This document shows positions 27,445-37,286 of a stretch of DNA of 64,000 nt, piece by piece (the first letter of the stretch is position 1; every line of letters starts with the position of its first letter). The notes under the pieces are model-generated. The model did not search any database. It saw only the letters and a program-made list of their open reading frames with translations, and was not told where the DNA came from. The translations under genes and the position numbers were made by a program. This DNA comes from Chloroflexota bacterium (GTDB lineage: Bacteria > Chloroflexota > Dehalococcoidia > UBA2979), in the NCBI GenBank assembly GCA_027593235.1, contig JAQCIU010000002.1, forward strand, positions 91,357 to 155,356. The letters are read 5' to 3'.

Positions 27445-28424
27445 TGCTGCGCCTTCCAGCCGTAGCGGATGTTTCGCTGCGGCTCCCAGGTCCGGTCCAT
27501 GCGCAGGCCCTCGAGGGCCTGCGCGCCGTAGACCTCGGCGTGACGGGCGAGGAATCCGGCGTGGTCCTCGACGCCGTCGACCCAGCGGTCGATGAACTCG
27601 CGGACGCCTTGCTCCGTGCGCATCTTCAACAGGTAGTCGGCCTGCATCGGGCCGTGCGCGGTGTAGTAGCCGGGGAGGCCCCACGGGGCGGCGCCGAAGG
27701 GGAGGTGGACGACGGCGTTCACCATCAGGCCCGGGACGGTCGTACGGCCGGGATCGGAGCGAAGCACGCCGCGGGGGACGATCTCCTCGGCGGAGATGAT
27801 GATCTTCTTCGAGGCCCAGAGGCCCCAGCGCACCTCGCCGTCGCCGCCCCAGAACGCGGCGTTGCCGTCCTCGTCGGCCCACTGCACGTGGATGCAACTC
27901 ACGTCGGGCCGCACTGCCGGCAGCGCGACCACCGGCTCGCCGCCGAAGGGCGAATCGATCACCTTGAGCTTGTCTTCGCCGAGGAAGCCGCCCGGCTGCG
28001 GATAGAAGTCCTCGCGCAGGTAGTCGGTACCCAGGAATGAGCGGGTCGGGATGAACGGGATCCCCAGCGCGCCCGCCATGAACATCATGGCGACGGTCTG
28101 GTTCGTGTAGTCCTCGATCTGGAATTCGCCGGCGTGGTAGCGCTCCATGAACCACGGCGAGCCGGCGCCGAGGGCGTAGGCGGTGATCAGCTTGTTGGCG
28201 CAGCCAGCGAGCGGGAGCAGCAGCGATCCGACAGTTGCGATCGCCGTGAGGTCCCGCTTCCGCTGGCGGGCGATCTCGCGCTCGAAGGCGCCCGCCCAGC
28301 TCGTGTAGCCAAGGAAGACGCTGTCGCGATCCTCGACGAAGCGCGCGACCGCATCGTGCGCCGACATCAGCTTCGAGGGCCGCGCCGACTTGTCCGGGAG
28401 CGGGGGGAGTGTCACCTCGGTCAT
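27441..28424 (-). CDS. Class I CoA-transferase alpha subunit (glutaconate CoA-transferase A-like)
   Basis: SKLMSAHDAVARFVEDRD, EIARQ, AGALGIPFIPTRSFLGTD, PDVSCIHVQWADEDGN. Confidence 0.88.
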   Translation of the reverse strand: MTEVTLPPLPDKSARPSKLMSAHDAVARFVEDRDSVFLGYTSWAGAFEREIARQRKRDLTAIATVGSLLLPLAGCANKLITAYALGAGSPWFMERYHAGEFQIEDYTNQTVAMMFMAGALGIPFIPTRSFLGTDYLREDFYPQPGGFLGEDKLKVIDSPFGGEPVVALPAVRPDVSCIHVQWADEDGNAAFWGGDGEVRWGLWASKKIIISAEEIVPRGVLRSDPGRTTVPGLMVNAVVHLPFGAAPWGLPGYYTAHGPMQADYLLKMRTEQGVREFIDRWVDGVEDHAGFLARHAEVYGAQALEGLRMDRTWEPQRNIRYGWKAQQ

Positions 28425-28430
28425 TGGCGG

Positions 28431-29228
28431 CTATGCCCGTCCGGGAGGGGGTGCGTCGCCGCGATCGAAACCGCGACCGATCATCAGCAGGTCCGGGTCA
28501 CTCCAGGTCACCTGCTGCGGGACCATCATCTGGGCGAGCGCGGTGGTGGCGGCCTTGGTCGCGGCGATCGAGTACGGGTCCATCGCGAGCAGGCGGTCGG
28601 CGGTGGTGAGCACCCGCGACATCAGTTCGCCGTCCTCGACGACGTGGTTCACGAAGCCCCAGCGCTCGGCGTCTTCGGCGCTGAAGCGATCGCAGAGCAT
28701 CACCATTTCCTTGGTGCGGGCGGGGCCGATCTCGCGCATCAATCGCGGCAGCGCGTTCCACGTAAGCGGGATGTCCAGCTCCACCTCGGGGATCGAAAAC
28801 CAGGCCGATCGTGCCGCAAAGCGGAGATCGAGGCAGCTCGCGAAGACGACCGCGCCGCCGACGGTAAGGCCGTTGATCGCGCCGATCGTGACCTGCGGCA
28901 GGTTCTCGAGGGCGGCCGAGCTGCGATTGCCCATGGTGCTGGCAATGCGCGCGGCGGCCGCCTCCGCGACGGGGGTGCGGGTGCCGACGGCGCGTCGTGC
29001 CTCGCCGATGTTTGGCGCACTGCCGAGGTCCGCTCCGGCGGAGAAGGCGCGGCCGTTGCCGGTGAGGACCACCACGCGGGCATCGCCATCGGTCGTGAGC
29101 TGGTGGCAGAGGTCCTGCAGCTCCTGGTGCATCTGGTTGTTGATCGCGTTGAGCTTCTCGGGCCGGTTAAGCCGGATGATCACGAGGCCGGGGCGATCAT
29201 CAGGTCGTTCGACCGCGAGCGTGTCCAT
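28431..29228 (-). CDS. Enoyl-CoA hydratase/isomerase family
   Basis: LNRPEKLNAI, GRAFSAGADL, AINGLTVGG, IPEV. Confidence 0.9.
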   Translation of the reverse strand: MDTLAVERPDDRPGLVIIRLNRPEKLNAINNQMHQELQDLCHQLTTDGDARVVVLTGNGRAFSAGADLGSAPNIGEARRAVGTRTPVAEAAAARIASTMGNRSSAALENLPQVTIGAINGLTVGGAVVFASCLDLRFAARSAWFSIPEVELDIPLTWNALPRLMREIGPARTKEMVMLCDRFSAEDAERWGFVNHVVEDGELMSRVLTTADRLLAMDPYSIAATKAATTALAQMMVPQQVTWSDPDLLMIGRGFDRGDAPPPGRA

Positions 29229-29299
29229 GGCGTGTCCTCCCGCCGCCGTGGGGGCGACGGGCGAACTATACCGAGCGCCGCGCGGATGGTCGGCGAGCG

Positions 29300-29773
29300 C
29301 TAGCTGATCGGCCCGACGATGTGCGGATCGGGGCCCGGGTCGCGCCCTTCGGCGCGCACCGCCAGCCGCTCGATGTAGTGGAGCCAGCCGAAGCGGGTCT
29401 GCTCCTCCAGTTCGGGGATCTCGATGCGGTGCGTCAGGCGCAGGCGTGTGCCGCTGCCCTCGGGTGTCAGTTCGACCTCGACGGTGCTCGCGCCCGGCGG
29501 CACCGGGTAGGGCGCGTCGTCGCCGCCTTCCCAGCCCCAGGTGAAGACGAGCCGGCGGGGGGCGATCACCTCGATGAACTCGCCGGAGATCCAGCCATCA
29601 CCTCGGATGTCGATGCGGAAGGCGCCGCCGGGATGCGCCTCGATGGTCGCGTCCACACCCTGCCAGCTCAGCCACGCTTCGCGGGTGTGGAACAGAGCGA
29701 AGACGGTCTCCGGGCGGGCCTCGATATATCGCTCGACGACGGCGGCGCCGTCCTCGCTCCGTGCACTGGTCAT
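29300..29773 (-). CDS. SRPBCC/AHSA1 domain protein
   Basis: ERYIEARPETVF, PRRLVFTWGWE, STVEVELTPEGSGTRLRLTH, GWLHY. Confidence 0.88.
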   Translation of the reverse strand: MTSARSEDGAAVVERYIEARPETVFALFHTREAWLSWQGVDATIEAHPGGAFRIDIRGDGWISGEFIEVIAPRRLVFTWGWEGGDDAPYPVPPGASTVEVELTPEGSGTRLRLTHRIEIPELEEQTRFGWLHYIERLAVRAEGRDPGPDPHIVGPIS

Positions 29774-30096
29774 CAGCGTTGCTCCGGCGGCTGATCGCTG
29801 TGGCGTTCGGCGAGCTCGGCGATGCGGGCGAGCCGCTCGATGTCATCGGTCCACATCGACTGCAGGGCGCCCGTGATCTCGGCCAGCCGCTGGCGGTTGG
29901 TGCGGTAGAGGCGGCTGCGGCCGTCGCGGCGGACCTCGACGACCCCGATCTCAAGCAGGCGCGCGAGGTGCTGCGAGACTGCGGAGAAGGACACGCCGAC
30001 CTGCGCGGCGATGTCGCCGGCGGCCAGTTCGGCATCGCCGAGGATGCTCAGGATTTCGCGACGACGAGGTTCGGTGACGGTCTGCAGGGGGTCCAT
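29773..30096 (-). CDS. ArsR/SmtB-family transcriptional regulator
   Basis: EPRRREIL, AGDIA...SAVSQHLARL, RRDGRSRLY winged HTH. Confidence 0.9.
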   Translation of the reverse strand: MDPLQTVTEPRRREILSILGDAELAAGDIAAQVGVSFSAVSQHLARLLEIGVVEVRRDGRSRLYRTNRQRLAEITGALQSMWTDDIERLARIAELAERHSDQPPEQR

Positions 30097-30100
30097 GCGG

Positions 30101-30163
30101 ACATTTTAGTCACGGTTGAAATGAATCCGCCAGTCACATACTCTTCAGTCATCACTAAAATGT
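30101..30163. promoter_or_regulatory. Paired operator sites in the ArsR/SRPBCC divergent promoter
   Basis: Perfect 10-bp inverted repeat ACATTTTAGT (30101-30110) / ACTAAAATGT (30154-30163). Each half extends into a quasi-palindrome (TTTAG...TTGAA and TTCAG...CTAAA). Confidence 0.6.
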
Positions 30164-30186
30164 TGTGTCATGAGGGGATGGTTGAG

Positions 30187-30618
30187 ATGGCAGGGGAGAT
30201 CTTGTTCACGGTGGACGTGAATGCGGAGCCGGTCGCGGTCCTTCGCGCGCTGACCAGCGTGCAGGGCATCCGGTCGTGGTGGACCGATCGCTGCGATGGC
30301 GACGGAGCGGCAGGCGGCACGATCAAGCCGGCGTTACCGGTGGCGCCGATGCCGTTCGAGCTGCACGTCGACGGCGCGACAGACTCGAGTGTGCGTTGGA
30401 CCTCGACGGGTGGGTTTCCGCCACACTGGGCCGGATCGCAGGTGAGCTGGGACGTGGTGGCCAATCCGGATGGGCCTGGCGTGCTGGTGAACTTCAAGCA
30501 CGCGGGCTTCCCGAGTGACGACGGGATCGGCATGGTCGCCTACACCTGGGGTCAGCTCATGACCTCGCTCAAGGCGTACGCGGAATCAGGCTCCGCCGCG
30601 CCGCTCTTCAAGCACTAG
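30187..30618 (+). CDS. SRPBCC domain protein
   Basis: MAGEILFTVDVNAEP, GIRSWWT, HWAGSQVSW, FKHAGF, WGQLMTSLKAYAE. Confidence 0.85.
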   Translation: MAGEILFTVDVNAEPVAVLRALTSVQGIRSWWTDRCDGDGAAGGTIKPALPVAPMPFELHVDGATDSSVRWTSTGGFPPHWAGSQVSWDVVANPDGPGVLVNFKHAGFPSDDGIGMVAYTWGQLMTSLKAYAESGSAAPLFKH

Positions 30619-30688
30619 CGACGCGTTGCGTCGCCCCCGTTGCGTTGCCGGCGTCGCTAGGATGGCGCCGGTAGCGCGAGGGGGCGTG

Positions 30689-31600
30689 ATGGAGATTCGA
30701 AACGACGCGGGCGTCAGCAAGCTGTTGGCCTCGACGGAGGAGACGCGGCTCTGCACCGGGTTCGGATTCACCGAGGGCCCGATCTGGATCGCGGCCGACA
30801 ACTGCCTGCTGTTCAGCGACATCCCGGGCAACCGGATGCACCGCTGGCGCCCCGGGAGCGACATCGCCGAGGTCTATCGCGAGCCGAGCGGCCACGCGAA
30901 CGGGCACACCCTCGACGCGTCGGGACGCCTCGTCAGCTGCGAGCACTCGGGGCGGCGGGTGTCGCGAGCGGGCTACAACGCGGCGGCGGAGACGCTGGTC
31001 GCGCAGTACGACGGGAAGACGTTCAACAGCCCGAACGACGTCGTGGTGCACAGCTCCGGCGCCATCTACTTCACCGATCCGACCTACGGCCTGCAGCCGG
31101 CGCGGCCCGGCCGCGAACCGTTTGGCGTGCCCGGCGCGCAGCAGGAGATCGACTTCCAGGGTGTCTACCGGATCGATCCCGACGGTGCGTTGACGCTGCT
31201 GGTCGACGATTTCAATCAGCCGAACGGCCTCGCCTTCACTCCCGACGAATCCGTCCTGTACATCGGCGACTCCGGCGACAAGACGATCCGTCGCTTCGAT
31301 GTTGCCGCCGACGGCTCGATCAGCGGTGGTGAGCTATTCGTCGACATGCGTCCGGTCGATCTGGTGGGCGTCCCTGACGGGATGAAGGTCGACGCGGATG
31401 GCCGTCTCTGGACCACCGGCGCCGGCGGCGTCTGGGTGATCGAGGCCGATGGCACCGTCCTCGGCACCTTCGAGACCGCCGAACACGCGGCCAACCTCAC
31501 CTTCGGCGGGCCGAACTTCTCGTCCCTCTTCCTGACCGCGCAGACCAGCGTCTATCGCGTGGAGACGAACGTTCGAGGCATCGTCCCCGAATCCCGCTGA
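30689..31600 (+). CDS. SMP-30/gluconolactonase family protein
   Basis: FTEGPIW, FSDIP, NSPND, FTDPTYG, PNGLAF, PDGMKVD, NLTFGG. Confidence 0.93.
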   Translation: MEIRNDAGVSKLLASTEETRLCTGFGFTEGPIWIAADNCLLFSDIPGNRMHRWRPGSDIAEVYREPSGHANGHTLDASGRLVSCEHSGRRVSRAGYNAAAETLVAQYDGKTFNSPNDVVVHSSGAIYFTDPTYGLQPARPGREPFGVPGAQQEIDFQGVYRIDPDGALTLLVDDFNQPNGLAFTPDESVLYIGDSGDKTIRRFDVAADGSISGGELFVDMRPVDLVGVPDGMKVDADGRLWTTGAGGVWVIEADGTVLGTFETAEHAANLTFGGPNFSSLFLTAQTSVYRVETNVRGIVPESR

Positions 31601-32976
31601 TGGCGGTCGACGCCGCGTTTCGGCAGGGGCTGCGCGCGCGCGTCGAGGAGGCGATGGCACGCCTCGCCGTACCCGGGGTGGTGGTCGGCATCCTCGAGGG
31701 CGGTCGCGAGACGGTCGAGTGCTTCGGCGCGACAAGCATCGAACACCCGCTCGCGGTCGACGAGCACACGCTCTTCCAGATCGGTTCCACGACCAAGACC
31801 TTCACCGCGACGCTGCTGATGCAGGATCTGGAAGCGGGACGGCTGGACCTCGATCTGCCGATTCGCCGCTACCTCCCGGAGCTGCGGCTCCAGCGCGAGG
31901 AGTGGAGCGACACGCTGACGACGCGCCAGTTGCTGACCCACACGGGCGGCTTCGACGGTGACTGGTTCCTCGTCCATCCGCGACCGGTCGACGACCGATT
32001 GGCCTCGACGGTCAGCACGCTCGCTGATGCTCCCTGTGACACCCCACCCGGTGCGGCCTACGCCTATTCGAACGCCGGCTTCGCCGTCCTCGGGCGGCTC
32101 GCCGAGGTGCTCGCCGGCGATCGACTGTCCTACGAGGAGTTGGTCGCCCAGCGGATCTTCGAGCCGCTCGGCCTGACGCACTCCGTGATTCGCCCGCACG
32201 ACGTGCTGCTACACCGCTTCGTCGCGGGACACCTCGTGCGTGACGGCCAGATCGAGGTCGCGCGGCCCTGGCATCTCGCTCGCAGCGCGGCCGCGCACGG
32301 GGCGATTGCGTCGAATGTCCTCGATCAGTTGCGCTGGCTGCGGTTCCAGCTTGGGGACGGGACCGGTACGGACGCGGTTGGGCAGACGTCGCGGGTGCTC
32401 GGCGAGGCGACGCTGCGCTCGATGCAGACGCGCCAGGTCGACGGCGGTAGCAACTGCGAGGGCATCGGCTTCGCCTGGATGCGTGAGTTGCCCGGCGACA
32501 CCGAGGTCTGGCGTCACGGCGGCGAGACCAACGGGCACATGTGCGGGTTCAAGTTCGTGCCGGCGCGCGACTTTGGCATCGTCGTGATGACGAACTCGTC
32601 GAGCGGGATCCGGCTGCACGAGGACCTGATCGAGTGGGTCTTCGACGAGTTGCTGGATCTGCGCCCCGTTGAACCGGCGATCGTGCCGGCGCCCGAGCTG
32701 GCGCCGATCCTCGGTCGCTACGGCGGGTCGCTGCGCGATCTGGTGCTGACGCAGCGAGACGGCGAGCTGTGGGTGGAGCTACAGATTCACCAGCGCGACG
32801 GGCGACCGAAGCCGCTGGTCACGCCGCCGACGCGCGGCGAGTTCGTCTCGCCCTCGACGTTCGTCACGCGTGGTCCGCTCCTCGGGGAGGGCAACATCCT
32901 CGCGCAGGCGGGCACCGAGGTCGGGCCGTTCGTCCGTTGGGACGGACGCATGCTGCGGAGGATCGGCGACGCGTAG
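31600..32976 (+). CDS. Serine hydrolase (class C beta-lactamase/esterase family)
   Basis: FQIGSTTK (SxxK), LLTHTGG, YSN, HGG; start overlaps the lactonase stop. Confidence 0.9.
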   Translation: MAVDAAFRQGLRARVEEAMARLAVPGVVVGILEGGRETVECFGATSIEHPLAVDEHTLFQIGSTTKTFTATLLMQDLEAGRLDLDLPIRRYLPELRLQREEWSDTLTTRQLLTHTGGFDGDWFLVHPRPVDDRLASTVSTLADAPCDTPPGAAYAYSNAGFAVLGRLAEVLAGDRLSYEELVAQRIFEPLGLTHSVIRPHDVLLHRFVAGHLVRDGQIEVARPWHLARSAAAHGAIASNVLDQLRWLRFQLGDGTGTDAVGQTSRVLGEATLRSMQTRQVDGGSNCEGIGFAWMRELPGDTEVWRHGGETNGHMCGFKFVPARDFGIVVMTNSSSGIRLHEDLIEWVFDELLDLRPVEPAIVPAPELAPILGRYGGSLRDLVLTQRDGELWVELQIHQRDGRPKPLVTPPTRGEFVSPSTFVTRGPLLGEGNILAQAGTEVGPFVRWDGRMLRRIGDA

Positions 32977-33021
32977 CTGCCGCTTCACCTCGATGGTGGG
33001 CAGCCCTCGGAGGTCGCGCGG

Positions 33022-34020
33022 CTAGCGGCCGCGGAGCCGCGGATCGAGCTCGTCGCGGAGGGCGTCGCCAGCGAGGTTGAAGGCAAGCACGGCGATGGTG
33101 ATCGCGGTGCCGGAGAAGACGGCTTCCCACGGGTTCAGGTCCAGCGCGTTTCGCCCGGAGTTCACCATCTTTCCCCAGGTCGTCTTGTCGGCCGGGCCGA
33201 GACCGAGGAACGAGAGCGACGCCTCAGCGAGAACGTACACCCCGATCGAGATCGAGAAGATGACGACGACCGGCGCCATGATGTTGGGGAGGACGTGGCG
33301 GAACATAATCCGGCGGTTGCTCGCCCCGTAGGACGCCGCTGCTTCGACGAAGGTGCTCGCGGAAACGGCGAGCACGGCGGATCGCACAATCCTCGTTGAA
33401 GCCGACCATCCGAGGAGCCCGAGCGCGAAGACCGTGATCGCGAGGTTTGGCTGGTCCATCACCGAGACGAGCAGCAGCAGCAGCACGAGCCCGGGGAACG
33501 CCTGCATCGCGTCGACGAGCCGCTGCACGATCAGGTCGACGCGCCCGCCGAAGTAGCGGGAGACGAGCCCGGTGACCGTCCCGCTCAGCACCGAGATCAG
33601 CGATGCGCCGATCCCGATGATCACCGCCAGCCGGGTGCCGACGATGATCCGCGCGTAGATATCCCGCCCGAACTGGTCGGTTCCGAGCCAGTGTGCCCCG
33701 CTCCCCGGCGACTCCCAGCGGTTGAGCGTGAAGGGCGCGCTGAGGTTCGGATTGCGGGCGATGTCGAGGGGGTTGGCCGTCGGGTTGAACTCCGGATTCT
33801 CCGTCTGAAACGCCACGTTCTCGTCGTAACGCTGAAGGATTGGGGAGAAGAGGGCGATCAGCAGGATGAGCATCATCAGCACGAAGCCGAACGCGCCCAG
33901 TTTGTTCCGGCGAGCGATCGCGCCGAGCCGCTGGAGGCGCGATCGCCCCTGGCGGCGCTGTACCTCGGGCAACAGCACGCCCTCGGCGATACGCCCGGCT
34001 ACGTCGTCGAGTTGAGCCAC
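33022..34020 (-). CDS. Peptide/nickel ABC transporter permease (DppC/OppC-like)
   Basis: HWLGTDQFGRDI, EAA motif (FVEAAASYGAS), RHVLPN, EASLSFLGLG. Confidence 0.92.
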   Translation of the reverse strand: MAQLDDVAGRIAEGVLLPEVQRRQGRSRLQRLGAIARRNKLGAFGFVLMMLILLIALFSPILQRYDENVAFQTENPEFNPTANPLDIARNPNLSAPFTLNRWESPGSGAHWLGTDQFGRDIYARIIVGTRLAVIIGIGASLISVLSGTVTGLVSRYFGGRVDLIVQRLVDAMQAFPGLVLLLLLVSVMDQPNLAITVFALGLLGWSASTRIVRSAVLAVSASTFVEAAASYGASNRRIMFRHVLPNIMAPVVVIFSISIGVYVLAEASLSFLGLGPADKTTWGKMVNSGRNALDLNPWEAVFSGTAITIAVLAFNLAGDALRDELDPRLRGR

Positions 34021-34033
34021 GGACGCCCCTGTC

Positions 34034-34993
34034 CTAGGTGAACCGGATGCGCGGATCGAGCCATCCGTAGATGACGTCGACCACGAGGTTCGTCGTGACG
34101 ATGACGAAGGCGATCACCAGGACAGCGCCCTGGAAGGGCGGAAAATCGCGCAGGATCAGCCGGGTGAAGAGGAACCGACCCACACCGTCGATGTTGAACA
34201 TGTTCTCGAGGATGATCTGGCCGCTGACGACGTTCGCGATTGTCAGGCCCATCACCGTGAGCACCGGCAGCGCCGCGTTCTTCATCGCGTGGTTCACCCA
34301 CACCGTGCGTTCGCGGAGGCCCTTCGCCCGCGCGGTGCGGATGTAGTCGTTCCGCATCACCTCGAGCATTTGCGAGCGAAGCAGCCGCATGATGCCGGCG
34401 CCACCGGCTACGCCGCCGGCGATCGTGGGGATCAGATAGAGCTTCGCGGCGCCGATCGGATCGGTCCAGAAATGCGGTTCGCCGACGATGTCGATCCGAA
34501 ACAAGTCGAACTTGAGAACGACCAGCGTCATCAGGATCGCGATGAAGAACACCGGTGACGCGACGCCGAGGATGGAGAACCCGCGCAGCAGGTAATCGAT
34601 CCAGGTGTCCTGTTTAACAGCGCTGACCACGCCGATCGGGATGCTCAGCGCGAACGACACGAAGATGATCAGCGTCCCGAGTTCGAGTGTCGTCGGCAGG
34701 CGCCGTCCGAGTTCGGACCAGGTGCTGCGACCGGTGTCGTACGACGTGCCGAGGTCCAGCGTCGCGGTGTCGGCCATGAAGTCGACGTAGCGACGCCAGA
34801 GCGGCTTGTCCAGACCGAGGATGTGGCGCGCCTCCTCGATTGCCTCGGAGTAGTCGGCCAGCTCGAGGTTCGTCGCCACCTGCCGCTGGGCGAAATCACC
34901 CGGCAGCAGGTTAGAGGCGAAGAACACGAGGGAGGCGACGAACCATAAGACGACGACGTTGAGCAGCAGTCGCCGCAGGATGTACTGGGACAC
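34034..34993 (-). CDS. Peptide/nickel ABC transporter permease (DppB/OppB-like)
   Basis: YILRRLL, GLDKPLW, DYIRTARAKGL, HAMKNA, LDPRIR. Confidence 0.93.
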   Translation of the reverse strand: MSQYILRRLLLNVVVLWFVASLVFFASNLLPGDFAQRQVATNLELADYSEAIEEARHILGLDKPLWRRYVDFMADTATLDLGTSYDTGRSTWSELGRRLPTTLELGTLIIFVSFALSIPIGVVSAVKQDTWIDYLLRGFSILGVASPVFFIAILMTLVVLKFDLFRIDIVGEPHFWTDPIGAAKLYLIPTIAGGVAGGAGIMRLLRSQMLEVMRNDYIRTARAKGLRERTVWVNHAMKNAALPVLTVMGLTIANVVSGQIILENMFNIDGVGRFLFTRLILRDFPPFQGAVLVIAFVIVTTNLVVDVIYGWLDPRIRFT

Positions 34994-35044
34994 GAACGCC
35001 TCCCCGGGCCCGCGACCTCGTGGTCAGGCTGGCCGGTTGCCTCG

Positions 35045-36922
35045 TTACAGCGTCACGGTGGCACGTCCCTGGAATGACGGATCGTTCTGATCCAGCCACA
35101 CATTCTTGGAGGCGAGGTGCCCAGCGAAGATGTTGTAGCCCTGTCCCGGTTCGCCTCCGCTGGCGGCAATCTTGTTGTTGCCGTGGAAGTAGTTCCAGCT
35201 CGCGCTGCGGGAGATGTAGTTGTAGAGAATGACGTTCCCGTACTGTCCGTTCTCCAGAATCAGCCGCTGCGCTTGCCTTGAGAGTTCGACGGATTCCTCG
35301 TAGTCGACCGAGACGAGGGCCTGATCGAGAAGCGCGTCGATGTCCGGGTTGTCGACGTGCTGGAAGTTCGCCGTGCTCGTCGAGTGGAACGTCTGACGCA
35401 GCTCCGCCCGCGGGTCCGGGCTGCTCACCTGCGAGGTCCAGGCGAACCAGTTCGGGAACTGGCCGTTCGCCAGGTTCGGGATGATGTCGTCGTTGTAGGT
35501 GGTCCGCGTGGACTTGAACTGAGTGACGCCCATCGCCGTGTTCAGCATCTCCGGGATCACCTGCGTGGTGTCCGGCCATGGCCCCAACCAGGTGTCCGGG
35601 ATCTGAATGTCGACGTCGCCCAACGCGTCGCCGCCGGCGGCGGCCCACAGATCGCGAGCGACCTTGAGGTCCTCGTCGCGGGTTGTGCGGTAGCCGTCCA
35701 GCGTCACCAGCTCGTCCGGGAGGAGGGCGTAGCCCTCCTGCAGCCAGGTGACGGGGCCGCTGACCTGGCCGAGTCCCTGGTGGAAGGTCTGGATCATCGC
35801 TCGCCGGTCGAAGGCCGCGTTCATCGCGCGGACGAGGCGTACGTCCTTGAACTGCTGGTTCATGTTCAGGTGCAGGTAGACGGTGTTTGCGACGCCGGTC
35901 AGGGTCTCGTACATCGAGTCGCTGTTCGCCTCGAGGATTGCCTTGGTGAGGCTGGGGTCCGGTGAGCTGAACGCGTCGATCTGCTTCTGCTCGAAGGCGA
36001 CGCGGCTGGCGTTCGGGTCCTCGAAGAGCAGTGGGTAGATCCAGCCATCGAGGTGCGGCTCACCCGGCCGGAAGTTCTTCGGGTTCTTGAGGAAGATGAT
36101 CTCCTCGTCGGAGCGCCACTGCTTCAGTGTGTACGCCCCGGTCGCGGGCATCGCGTCCTCGCTGAGGGTGCGGTGGTCGGCTTCGAACTTCTCGGTCGCT
36201 TCGCGGTTCGGCACCGTGGAGAAGTACGCGGCGAGGCGACCGAGGAAGGTCCCGTTCGGGGTGGCCAGCTTCGCGATGATCGTCGACTCGTCGGGTGTCT
36301 CGATGCTGGTGATGCCCTGGTAGAACGTCTGGTGGCGGAATGGCGATTCGGTGCCGTCCGCCAGCAGGCCGGCGGCCTGTCGTTCCCAGTGCCACTTGAT
36401 GTCCTCCGAGGTCAGTTGGCGGCCGCCGGTGATCGGCGTGTCCTGCCAGAAGACATCGGGGCGGATGTTGAACGTGTAAGTCGCGGCGTCCGGGATCTCC
36501 CACGACTCGGCGAGATCCCCGCCGATTTCGCCGGTGTCCGGGTTGTCGTAGCGGACGACCTTGTTTAGTACGTAGTTCGAGAGCCACGAGGTGGGGTCGC
36601 CGAACGCACGGTGCACGTCGATCGAGTCGAAGACGTTGCCGCCGAGGAATACGCCACGCGCAGCGCCCCCGTCGACGGGCTCCATGCTCGATGGCTCTGC
36701 GGTCGCCGCCGCGGTGCCCCCGGCATCCGCGGTCGCGGCGGCCGTGCCTGTCCCGGCGGCGGCCGCGGTCGCCGTCGCGGTGCCGTCGTCGCTGTCACCA
36801 CAGCCGATCAACGCCCAACCGGCGAGGCCAATGCCACCGGTGGCGGTACCTCGGAGCAGGCCCCGGCGCGAGAGCCGGCGTCGCGTGGTCTGTGTCCAGT
36901 AGTTGGTGTTGTTCGTGCTCAC
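35045..36922 (-). CDS. ABC transporter substrate-binding protein family 5, Tat-exported lipoprotein
   Basis: NYW...RRRLSRRGLL twin-arginine signal, LIGC lipobox, DLAESWE, ATGAY, DVRLVRAM; GTG start 36922. Confidence 0.88.
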   Translation of the reverse strand: MSTNNTNYWTQTTRRRLSRRGLLRGTATGGIGLAGWALIGCGDSDDGTATATAAAAGTGTAAATADAGGTAAATAEPSSMEPVDGGAARGVFLGGNVFDSIDVHRAFGDPTSWLSNYVLNKVVRYDNPDTGEIGGDLAESWEIPDAATYTFNIRPDVFWQDTPITGGRQLTSEDIKWHWERQAAGLLADGTESPFRHQTFYQGITSIETPDESTIIAKLATPNGTFLGRLAAYFSTVPNREATEKFEADHRTLSEDAMPATGAYTLKQWRSDEEIIFLKNPKNFRPGEPHLDGWIYPLLFEDPNASRVAFEQKQIDAFSSPDPSLTKAILEANSDSMYETLTGVANTVYLHLNMNQQFKDVRLVRAMNAAFDRRAMIQTFHQGLGQVSGPVTWLQEGYALLPDELVTLDGYRTTRDEDLKVARDLWAAAGGDALGDVDIQIPDTWLGPWPDTTQVIPEMLNTAMGVTQFKSTRTTYNDDIIPNLANGQFPNWFAWTSQVSSPDPRAELRQTFHSTSTANFQHVDNPDIDALLDQALVSVDYEESVELSRQAQRLILENGQYGNVILYNYISRSASWNYFHGNNKIAASGGEPGQGYNIFAGHLASKNVWLDQNDPSFQGRATVTL

Positions 36923-37082
36923 GGACGGGCTCCCTCTAGTCAAATCGCTCGGCATTACAAGCGGCATCGACAGAACGCGGTGAGATTGCGCTCGCAATAA
37001 GAGGGATGTCAAGGCGAGATCTATTTCTGACGATAAGAGATCGTCGGGATGCAGTCGTCAGAAATGAAGAACGTCATTGTCA

Positions 37083-37096
37083 GTGATTTAAATCAC
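37083..37096. promoter_or_regulatory. Palindrome GTGATTTAAATCAC (CRP/FNR-family-like site)
   Basis: Perfect 14-bp palindrome matching GTGA-N6-TCAC in the AT-rich divergent intergenic region. Confidence 0.55.
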
Positions 37097-37286
37097 GGAA
37101 TACGCAATCGTTTTCATCGCGTCTATTCTGCGATCCATTTGCGATCCGGGGGAACGGCGCGTGCTGGCGTCCGCCAACGAGGACGCGGCATGGACCTCGA
37201 CTCCCCCGCGATCAGGTGCGGGGTGCCCACGCGGCCGGTCGTTCGGGTACCGTGCGCACGCGACGCACTGAGTTGGAGGGGACCGC

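Noticed and set aside
31600-32976. Antibiotic-resistance beta-lactamase
   Set aside because: The SxxK/YxN/HGG pattern without a signal peptide fits the broad cytoplasmic esterase/amidase family; no evidence of resistance function.
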